The position numbers and the translations under genes are program-made. A DNA stretch of 64,000 nt from Rhodocyclaceae bacterium UBA2250 (GTDB lineage Bacteria > Pseudomonadota > Gammaproteobacteria > Burkholderiales > Rhodocyclaceae): the NCBI GenBank assembly GCA_002347285.1, contig DDXW01000042.1:13583-77582 (forward strand). The letters are read 5' to 3'. Shown here piece after piece: positions 36,870-45,289 of this stretch (positions within the stretch are counted from its first letter, which is position 1; every line of letters begins with the position of its first letter). The notes below the pieces were generated by a model. The model had not been told where the DNA came from. It did not search any database and saw only the letters and a list, made by a program, of their open reading frames with translations.

Positions 36870-38515
36870 TCCTTGTTCCTCCTGCGCGCCACCAGGCGAA
36901 TGAAACCGTGGACCAGGCCGCCGGCCAGCGAGCCGGCCATGACCAGCCAGCCGATCTGGTCGATCCACTTGTTGAAATCGCGACCCGGGACGTAGATGTC
37001 GCGGATCTCGTTCAGCCGGCCTGCATCGGAACGGGTGTGGCATTCCTGACAGGGCACGGCCTTTTCCTTGGGCGCGACCATGTGGGTGATGAACCAGTTC
37101 ATGCGGGTTTCGATGAAGCCGAACTGGCCGGAATAGGGCAGGCCGGCGTAGTCCATGCCTGCCTTGATCGACTTGGCGAAGTCGTAGTTCTTCCAGAGCG
37201 AAGTGTCGTCGTTGCCGAAGACGTGGTTGACCACCAGCGTGTTGTTCACCGGGTCGTAAGGCTGCTTGCCGCGCATGACCTTGAAGGGCCAGATGCGGGC
37301 CTTCGGATCGTTCGCCGAACCCTCGACGCGATTGAGTTCGAGGACGCCGTCCTTGGCGATGTAGTCGTCCAGCTTGTCGGTGATGGTGACCTGACTGACG
37401 GTGCCGTTGTACCACTTGTAGGCGGGCCGCACGTTCTCGCCGTACTCGAAATCGCCCTTGGTGGCCGAGTACTTCAGGTGGCCGTGCTCGCCCTTGATGA
37501 AGAGCGGCTTGCCGTCGGCATCCATCTTGCCGGCGGTAGACCAGTCCCAGAGCGTCTTGGTGGCGACGCCGCCGCGCGCGAACTCGGGAATGTGGCAGGT
37601 CTGGCAGGCGACCTTGTTCGCGTGGTTGTTGATCTTCGCTTCCTTGTGCGGCGCATTGCCGTGACAGGATTCGCAGGTGGCGCGATTGTGGTCGTCTTTC
37701 GGCAGATCCTTGCCGTGCGTGTCCTTCGGATTGGCTGCATAGCGGCTGCCGGAGGGAATGTGGTCGTTGAACGTGTGGCAGGCGGCGCAGCTCATGTTGG
37801 CGCCATCCTTGGCCATATGCACGTCGAGCTCCTTCGGCGGGTTCTTCAGCGAGGAATCGAGATCGCCGTGCTTGACCGCATCGCCGCCGCCGCCGTTGAA
37901 GTGGCAGGCGCCGCAGTTTGCGCGGCCGGACTGGCCGACCTGCTGGGCGACCTTGGTCAGGTCGGGCGCCTTGACCTGCTTCTTTCCCGGCGGGCCTTCC
38001 ATCGGCTCGTGTTCGCGGTCTTGATAGAGCGGGTGGCCGGCGTCGGTGCTGAACTTCTTGTAACCGCCGGTGGTGTCATGGCAGGCCAGGCAATCGACGT
38101 TCTCCTGGTTGGCGAAGTCGAAGTTCTTGTCCTTCCAGCCGTAGCCGGCATGGCAGCTGGTGCAGCGCGGCTCGTTGGACAGCGGCGAGCCACAGAAATT
38201 GTTGGCCGCCCATTTCTTGCCGAGGGTCTTGCCCGTCGTCGGACTCTTGGCCTCCCAGGTCCAGTGGATGCTCTTCATGACCTGGTGACCGGCCAGGTTG
38301 TGGCAGGCGAGGCAGGCCTTGGTCACCTCCGGAGCGGACTTGAAGGGGCCTTGCAATTCCTTGAACTTGCTGTGGTCGGCGGTCTTGGCGGCAGCCTGGC
38401 CGGCTATTAGCAGACCGAAGAACAGCGCCACCGGGACGGAGGCGAGCCGTTTCAAACCGGCGCGCGCGGTGGCCGCCCAGTGAGGGCGGGTTGCAGCGAC
38501 TTTCATCTTTCTCAT
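36866..38515 (-). CDS. Octaheme c-type cytochrome, tetrathionate reductase (OTR) family
   Basis: Eight CxxCH motifs (CLACH, CTSCH, CLACH, CGACH, CAACH, CESCH, CQTCH, CQECH), NNFC, signal peptide; start uncertain (38506-38542). Confidence 0.88.
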   Translation of the reverse strand: MRKMKVAATRPHWAATARAGLKRLASVPVALFFGLLIAGQAAAKTADHSKFKELQGPFKSAPEVTKACLACHNLAGHQVMKSIHWTWEAKSPTTGKTLGKKWAANNFCGSPLSNEPRCTSCHAGYGWKDKNFDFANQENVDCLACHDTTGGYKKFSTDAGHPLYQDREHEPMEGPPGKKQVKAPDLTKVAQQVGQSGRANCGACHFNGGGGDAVKHGDLDSSLKNPPKELDVHMAKDGANMSCAACHTFNDHIPSGSRYAANPKDTHGKDLPKDDHNRATCESCHGNAPHKEAKINNHANKVACQTCHIPEFARGGVATKTLWDWSTAGKMDADGKPLFIKGEHGHLKYSATKGDFEYGENVRPAYKWYNGTVSQVTITDKLDDYIAKDGVLELNRVEGSANDPKARIWPFKVMRGKQPYDPVNNTLVVNHVFGNDDTSLWKNYDFAKSIKAGMDYAGLPYSGQFGFIETRMNWFITHMVAPKEKAVPCQECHTRSDAGRLNEIRDIYVPGRDFNKWIDQIGWLVMAGSLAGGLVHGFIRLVARRRNKE

Positions 38516-38576
38516 CCAGCGTCTGTTTGGATGCGGCCCCATTCAGAATGGGACTACGCAAAAAAGAACGCCGTTA

Positions 38577-38592
38577 AGCACGTAGCATGCCA
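38577..38592 (-). promoter_or_regulatory. Putative sigma-54 -24/-12 promoter for the octaheme operon
   Basis: Minus strand TGGCATG-CTAC-GTGC, correct GG-N10-GC spacing, about 60-80 bp upstream of the start. Confidence 0.4.
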
Positions 38593-38768
38593 TATTGCAG
38601 AAAGATGAATATATATATGGGATATCAATTAGCTAGCACGCCACAATAGCGATATGGCATGCTGGCTGCCGGGCGTATTGTTCGGCCAGAAATGGCCGTC
38701 GCTGTCTGATATGGCGTGACAGTTTTGGCGGAAGTGCCCGCGCCGTGGCGAAACGGCGCTGGGCCTGC

Positions 38769-40046
38769 CTACTTCCCGGCCGGATCGGGAACGAACTTCA
38801 GGACGTTGCCGTTGATGCAGTAGCGCTTGCCGGTCGGCGGCGGGCCGTCGTCGAAGACATGGCCGAGATGGATGCCGGAACTGGCGCTGCGTACTTCGAC
38901 GCGGCGCATGCCGTGGGATGCGTCGACGTGCTCGGTGAGGGCGCCGGGCAGCGGGCTGAAGAAGCTCGGCCAGCCGGTGCCGCTCTCGAACTTGGCATCG
39001 CTGCGGAACAGAGGCGCGCCGGTGATCGGATCGACGAAGATGCCGGATCGCTTCTCGTCGAGGTGCGAGCCGGTACCGGGGCGCTCCGTGCCCTGTTCGA
39101 AGGCGATCTTCTGCTGTGCAGGCGTGAGCAGATGGAAGCCGAGCCATTTCCAGAACCTGGGCTTGTCTCCGTTCCAGCCGGTGAAGCGCGAGACTTCCTT
39201 GCCGTTCTCGAACAGCACGATGGTCGGCGTGGCGAACAGCGCTTTTTCCAGCGTCCAGCCGGCGGGAGGCTGGGCGCTGAAAGAGCGTGCGACAGGCACC
39301 TCCGATTTCCAGTGGTCGAGCACTTCGGCCTTGAACTGCTTGCAATAGGGGCAGTCCTCCGCTTCGAAGACGATCAGCTGTCGCTTGAGGTTCAGTGCCT
39401 TCGGATCGAGCGGTTGAGCCGGCGGCGCGGCCTTGGCCGAAATCGCCGCGCCGGGATACTTCACGCCGGTGCCGCCCAGCCCGCAGTAGCCATTGGGGTT
39501 CTTTTTCAGATAGTCCTGATGGTAGGTTTCGGCAGGAAAATACTTTTTCAGCGGCGCAATCTCGGTGGTGATACTCTTGCGGCCGGCCTGCGTCAGCGCG
39601 GCCTGATAGACGTCGCGGGTTTTCAGGGCAGTCGCCTGCTGCGCTGCGTCGTTCGTGTAGATCGCGCTGCGGTAGTTCGTGCCGATATCGTTGCCCTGGC
39701 GATCACCCTGGGTCGGATCGTGGCTTTCCCAGAAGCGCGCCAACACGGTTTCGAGGCTGACCCTGGCGGGATCGAAGCTGACTTTGACCACCTCGGCATG
39801 GTTGCGCTGACTGGTTTGGCCGCGCTGCACGAGACGCTCGTGCGCCAGCACCGCCTCGTAGTTGCCGGCGATGTCGCCGTTGGCGTAGCCGCTCTCCACG
39901 TCAAGCACGCCGGGCAGTTCGCCCATGCGCTTTTCGGCGCCCCAGAAACAGCCCATGCCCAGCACGATCGTTTCGGTCCTGGCGGCATGAACGGCGGTCT
40001 GTGACATGATGGCGGCGAAGAGAAGGAGAGATAGCAGTCTGCGCAT
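38769..40046 (-). CDS. Exported MsrA-thioredoxin-like-MsrB fusion (methionine sulfoxide reductase)
   Basis: Signal peptide; GMGCFWG and YHQDY (MsrA); EDCPYC (Trx fold); KFESGTGWPSF, HLGHVFDDGP, RYCING (MsrB). Confidence 0.9.
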   Translation of the reverse strand: MRRLLSLLLFAAIMSQTAVHAARTETIVLGMGCFWGAEKRMGELPGVLDVESGYANGDIAGNYEAVLAHERLVQRGQTSQRNHAEVVKVSFDPARVSLETVLARFWESHDPTQGDRQGNDIGTNYRSAIYTNDAAQQATALKTRDVYQAALTQAGRKSITTEIAPLKKYFPAETYHQDYLKKNPNGYCGLGGTGVKYPGAAISAKAAPPAQPLDPKALNLKRQLIVFEAEDCPYCKQFKAEVLDHWKSEVPVARSFSAQPPAGWTLEKALFATPTIVLFENGKEVSRFTGWNGDKPRFWKWLGFHLLTPAQQKIAFEQGTERPGTGSHLDEKRSGIFVDPITGAPLFRSDAKFESGTGWPSFFSPLPGALTEHVDASHGMRRVEVRSASSGIHLGHVFDDGPPPTGKRYCINGNVLKFVPDPAGK

Positions 40047-40176
40047 TTTCGCTTTGAACAGCCAGACCGGAAAAAGTTTTCTACGAATTCGACAACGATC
40101 GGGCGGCCAAGAAGCCTGCGTCGAAGTCGTTACAATAGATCGCGATGAAATTCGACGCACTCACAAGGAGTCAGCC

Positions 40177-40617
40177 ATGAATATTGGAAACGCATCCCGC
40201 AGCCTCGTTCTCGCCTCGTCGTTCGCGCTGATGCTCGGCGCCGTCCCGGCCGGCGCCGGCGACAAGCCGCTGGATATCGGCAAAGGCGAGTACGAAGCGG
40301 CTTGCGCCGTGTGCCACGGCTATCAGGGCAAGGGCGACGGTCCGCTGGCCGCCCAGTTGAAGACCGCCACGCCCGATCTGACCTCGCTGGCGCGCAACAA
40401 CGGCGGAGTTTTCCCCTTCGATCGCGTCTACAAGATCATCGACGGCCGCCAGGAAGTGAAGGCGCACGGTACGCTCGAGATGCCGGTCTGGGGCCGGGCC
40501 TTCAGCCGCCAGAGCTCGGTCTACTTCGAAAACTATCCGCCGCACGACCCCGAGTCGGCCGTCCGCAGCCGCATTCTCGCGCTGACCGAATATCTCTACC
40601 GTCTGCAGGGCAAATAG
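40177..40617 (+). CDS. Mono-heme c-type cytochrome
   Basis: AAGGAG SD, signal peptide, CAVCHG, PDLTSLARNNGGVFP, MPVWG. Confidence 0.85.
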   Translation: MNIGNASRSLVLASSFALMLGAVPAGAGDKPLDIGKGEYEAACAVCHGYQGKGDGPLAAQLKTATPDLTSLARNNGGVFPFDRVYKIIDGRQEVKAHGTLEMPVWGRAFSRQSSVYFENYPPHDPESAVRSRILALTEYLYRLQGK

Positions 40618-40631
40618 CCGCTTGCGCCACC

Positions 40632-41540
40632 TCAGGCACCAATGTGCCGGTAGCTGGGGTTGTCGATCAGGGCCACGGCCTGGATGATGGCCTGGATCAC
40701 CTGCGGCCGCGGAAAGCCCTTGCGCCAGGCTAGGGCGACGCGCCGTGACGGCGCTGGTTCCTCGAAGGGAATCGACACGACCAGCTCGCTGCGATAGACG
40801 CCGTTGAGCGTGCCGGCCGGCAGCACCGAGATGCCGTAGCCCGAAGCGACCATGCAGCGCACCGTTTCGATCGAGTGCCCTTCGTGCGTCGAGCTTTCCG
40901 CGTGACTGATCTCCGGACAGGCGTCGAGCACCTGCTCGCGAAAACAGTTGCCGGCCTTGAGGACGAGGACATCCTCGCCGCGCACTTCCGTCGCGGCGAT
41001 TCTTTTGCGCCGGGCCAGCGCATGGCCCCTCGGCACGACCACTTCGAACGGCTCGTCGTAGAGGGCATGCGTGTTGATGCCGGGAACGTCGAAGGGCAAG
41101 GCGATGATCGCTGCGTCCACGGTGCCGTACTTGAGGTAATCGGCGAGCAGCGCGGTCATGCTCTCCTCGATGAACAGCTGGGTGTCCGGCGCGGTCTTGC
41201 GCATCGCCGCGATCAGTTCGGGCAACAGGTAGGGCCCGATGGTGTGGATCACGCCGAGGCGGAAGGTGCCGTGCAGCGGATCCTTGCCGAGCTGGGCCAC
41301 CTGCTCGATGCGCCGCGTTTCGTCGAGCGCCTTGCGCGCCTGGGCCGCGACCTGCCAGCCGATGTCGGTGAGAGCGACGTGGCCCTTGTTGCGTTCGATG
41401 AGAGTGACGCCCAGTTCGCTCTCGAGATTCTGCAGCGCCACGCTGAGGGTCGGCTGGCTGACATGGCATTTTTCGGCGGCGCGGCTGAACGAACCCTCGT
41501 CGGCGAAGGCGACCAGATAGCGCAGGGAAGTCAGTTTCAT
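40632..41540 (-). CDS. oxyR: LysR-family hydrogen peroxide sensor OxyR (possibly a paralogue)
   Basis: LysR HTH (CHVSQPTLS), HTIGPYLLP, redox pair GNCFREQVLDAC (C-x8-C), ETVRCMVASG; OxyR box directly upstream. Confidence 0.85.
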   Translation of the reverse strand: MKLTSLRYLVAFADEGSFSRAAEKCHVSQPTLSVALQNLESELGVTLIERNKGHVALTDIGWQVAAQARKALDETRRIEQVAQLGKDPLHGTFRLGVIHTIGPYLLPELIAAMRKTAPDTQLFIEESMTALLADYLKYGTVDAAIIALPFDVPGINTHALYDEPFEVVVPRGHALARRKRIAATEVRGEDVLVLKAGNCFREQVLDACPEISHAESSTHEGHSIETVRCMVASGYGISVLPAGTLNGVYRSELVVSIPFEEPAPSRRVALAWRKGFPRPQVIQAIIQAVALIDNPSYRHIGA

Positions 41541-41551
41541 GTTGCGAGAGT

Positions 41552-41588
41552 ATAGAAAACGACTATAAGAAATATAGACAAAAACTAC
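41552..41588. promoter_or_regulatory. OxyR binding site
   Basis: ATAG-aaaacga-CTAT-aagaaat-ATAG-acaaaaa-CTAC, 15/16 match to ATAG-N7-CTAT-N7-ATAG-N7-CTAT. Confidence 0.85.
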
Positions 41589-41598
41589 AATATAATCA

Positions 41599-41612
41599 TT
41601 GACTTACGTCAA
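41599..41612. promoter_or_regulatory. FNR/DNR-type box upstream of ccp
   Basis: TTGAC-TTAC-GTCAA, perfect dyad, variant of TTGAT-N4-ATCAA. Confidence 0.65.
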
Positions 41613-41693
41613 CACCCGTAAAAATTGTAAGGGTATCCTTTGTTGCGTTGCAAGATTTTTTACGCATCGTTCTCATCCGAAAAGGAGCCTCAC

Positions 41694-42692
41694 ATGAAAG
41701 TACGTGCTTTAGTTGCTTCCCTGGCGATCATCGGCAGCGCCGCCGGTGCCGGCTTCGCCAACGCCGAGGATCTGGCCAAGCCCATCCAGCCGCCCAAGCA
41801 GATCGACCTCGGCATGGCCGAACTGGGCAAGAAGCTCTATTTCGATCCCCGTCTCTCCAAGTCCGGCTTCATTTCCTGCAACAGCTGCCACAACCTGTCG
41901 ATGGGCGGCACCGACAACATCCCGACCTCGATCGGCGACAAGTGGCAGCAGGGCCCGATCAACGCGCCGACCGTGCTGAACTCCAGCCTCAACGTCGCCC
42001 AGTTCTGGGACGGCCGCGCGGCCGACCTCAAGGAACAGGCAGGCGGTCCGATCGCCAACCCGGGCGAGATGGGCTTCACCCACCAGCTGGCGGTGGGCGT
42101 GCTCGAGACCATTCCCGAGTACGTGCGCGAGTTCAAGGTCGTTTTCGGCAAGGACAAGATCGACATCGACCAGGTCACGGCCGCGATCGCTGAATTCGAG
42201 AAGACCCTGGTCACGCCAAACTCGCGCTTCGACCAGTGGCTGCTCGGCAAGAAGGACGCGCTGGCCTCGGATGAGTTGGCCGGCTGGAACCTCTTCAAGG
42301 AGAGCGGCTGCGTCGCCTGCCACAACGGCGAGGCGCTGGGCGGCACCTCCTTCCAGAAGATGGGCCTCGTCGAGCCCTACAAGACCACGGCCGCTGCCAA
42401 GGGCCGCGCCGACGTGACCGGCAAGGACGCCGACCGCATGATGTTCAAGGTGCCGACCCTGCGCAACGTCGAGATGACCTATCCCTACTTCCACGACGGC
42501 GCCTACTGGACGTTGAAGGAAGCGGTGGATGTCATGGGCCGCCTGCAGCTCGGCAAGAAGTTCACCGACAAGGAGAATGCCCAGATCGTCGCCTTCCTGA
42601 AGACGCTGACCGGCGAGCAGCCGAAGTTCGACCTGCCGATCCTGCCGCCTTCCGGCGACAAGACGCCACGTCCGAAGCCGTTCGCCAAGTAA
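41694..42692 (+). CDS. ccp: Di-heme cytochrome c peroxidase
   Basis: Signal peptide, SCNSCH, NAPTVLNS, QFWDGRA, CVACH, FKVPTLRNV, PYFHDG. Confidence 0.95.
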   Translation: MKVRALVASLAIIGSAAGAGFANAEDLAKPIQPPKQIDLGMAELGKKLYFDPRLSKSGFISCNSCHNLSMGGTDNIPTSIGDKWQQGPINAPTVLNSSLNVAQFWDGRAADLKEQAGGPIANPGEMGFTHQLAVGVLETIPEYVREFKVVFGKDKIDIDQVTAAIAEFEKTLVTPNSRFDQWLLGKKDALASDELAGWNLFKESGCVACHNGEALGGTSFQKMGLVEPYKTTAAAKGRADVTGKDADRMMFKVPTLRNVEMTYPYFHDGAYWTLKEAVDVMGRLQLGKKFTDKENAQIVAFLKTLTGEQPKFDLPILPPSGDKTPRPKPFAK

Positions 42693-42741
42693 GCCGGACG
42701 AAGCATTGCGCCGATCGCCTATTTGCGGCTGGGCGATCGGC

Positions 42742-42764
42742 AAATTCGGTTCTGGCGGGGCGGT
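42742..42764 (+). repeat. 23-bp dispersed motif, degenerate (4 mismatches); between ccp and fbaB
   Basis: AAATTCGGTTCTGGCGGGGCGGT, directly after a 10-bp stem hairpin (42710-42741). Confidence 0.6.
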
Positions 42765-42801
42765 TGCGGCGACCGGTTGCGGCCGCCCGGGCTGCTCGCC
42801 A

Positions 42802-43851
<1,050 letters not shown>

Positions 43852-44137
43852 GATGTCTCTCCTCTATGAAAGGGTACAGATGGAATGAACGGCGGCGCCC
43901 CGATTCGTTCATGATAAGCCTGACAGGCATGGCGAAAGCAAGCGCTCGGTCCCGGAGCAACGGTCGACATCTATCACCTTGCTTTACGCAGCGACAATTA
44001 GCTCTTGCTATCAAATCTTATACGTTTTGGCAATGGGCGAAAAGGGAACCGGCAGGGCCGACGATAGGTCGGTTTCCATTCGAGTATCGTTGCAACCGAA
44101 GCAAACCCGCCTGTTGCCGCATCCGATGGGAGAGACC

Positions 44138-45289
44138 ATGCGCCTGACCGCGATTGCCGCATTCCTGTTGCTTGGCCTGTCGGCCGCTGCGTGTTCCGGC
44201 TCGCAAGTGGCACCGATCTCCTGCGGACAGGCCGGCCAGTGGGTGGCCCCCACCGATGCCCAGGCCCAGCCGGCCGACCCGCGCATGCTGCTGGAGCGCA
44301 TGGCGCGCCAGCAGGTCGTGCTGCTCGGCGAGCAGCACGACAGCGCCGAGGATCACCGCTGGCAGCTGCAAACGCTGACGCAGCTCCATGCCCTGCAGCC
44401 TCGCATGGCGATCGGCTTCGAGATGTTTCCGCGCCGCGTGCAGCCGGTGCTCGACCAGTGGGTCGCCGGCGGTCTTGCCGAGGCGGAGTTCCTCCAGCGC
44501 GTCGAGTGGGAAAAGGTCTGGGGCTTCGATGCCCGGCTTTACCTGCCGCTGTTCCACTTCGCACGCATGAATCGCATCCCGATGCTCGCGCTCAACGTCG
44601 AGCGCAGCCTGATCGATGCCGTCGGCAGGGAGGGCTGGGACGGCGTACCCGAGTCGCAGCGGGAAGGCGTGAGCAAACCCGCCGCCGCGACGGACGCCTA
44701 CCGCAAGGCGCTGCACGCGGTATTCGATCACCATCCTGCGAAGGCGCGCGGCGAAGCGTCCTTCCCTCGTTTCGTCGAGAGCCAGGCGACCTGGGATCGC
44801 GCGATGGCGCAGGTCATGGCCGAACACCTGCGCAAGCATCCGGACACGCTGGTGGTCGGCATCATGGGGGCGGGTCATGTGCGCAACGGCCACGGCGTCG
44901 CGTACCAGCTCAAGGATCTGGGCATCGCCGACACCGGCCTGCTGCTGACCTGGGAGCGCAACGAGAAGTGCGACGCTCTGGGCAAGGGCTACGCCGACGC
45001 GCTCTATCTCGTCGAATCGCCGAAGAGCAATCCGCCCCGGCTGGGCGTGGCGACCGAGCCGGACAAGGAGGGTCTGCGCATCACCGCCGTGACCGCCGGC
45101 AGCGTCGCGGAAGCTGCCGGTCTCAGGACGGGCGACGTGATCGTCGAGGTTGCCGGCCAGCCGGCGAAGAGCCTCACCGTCCTGCGCTCCGTCGTGCAGC
45201 GGCAGGTGCCGGGCACCTGGCTGCCGCTGAAAGTGCGGCGCGCAGGCACCGAGCTGGAAATTGTCGCGCGCTTTCCGGCCGGCTCATGA
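44138..45289 (+). CDS. ChaN-family heme-binding lipoprotein with C-terminal PDZ domain
   Basis: Lipobox-like LSAAAC, VLLGEQHD, IGFEMF, QATWDRAMA, GAGHV; PDZ-like RLGV...AEAAGLRTGDVI. Confidence 0.82.
   Translation: MRLTAIAAFLLLGLSAAACSGSQVAPISCGQAGQWVAPTDAQAQPADPRMLLERMARQQVVLLGEQHDSAEDHRWQLQTLTQLHALQPRMAIGFEMFPRRVQPVLDQWVAGGLAEAEFLQRVEWEKVWGFDARLYLPLFHFARMNRIPMLALNVERSLIDAVGREGWDGVPESQREGVSKPAAATDAYRKALHAVFDHHPAKARGEASFPRFVESQATWDRAMAQVMAEHLRKHPDTLVVGIMGAGHVRNGHGVAYQLKDLGIADTGLLLTWERNEKCDALGKGYADALYLVESPKSNPPRLGVATEPDKEGLRITAVTAGSVAEAAGLRTGDVIVEVAGQPAKSLTVLRSVVQRQVPGTWLPLKVRRAGTELEIVARFPAGS

Noticed and set aside
44030-44085. Possible riboswitch-like hairpins upstream of chaN
   Set aside because: Only short competing stems and no conserved aptamer signature that I recognise; would need an Rfam/Infernal scan.
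44191-45285. ORF-track 1019-aa ORF suggesting a giant peptidase
   Set aside because: The 5' part is an off-frame shadow of chaN; the peptidase has its own signal peptide from ATG 45286.
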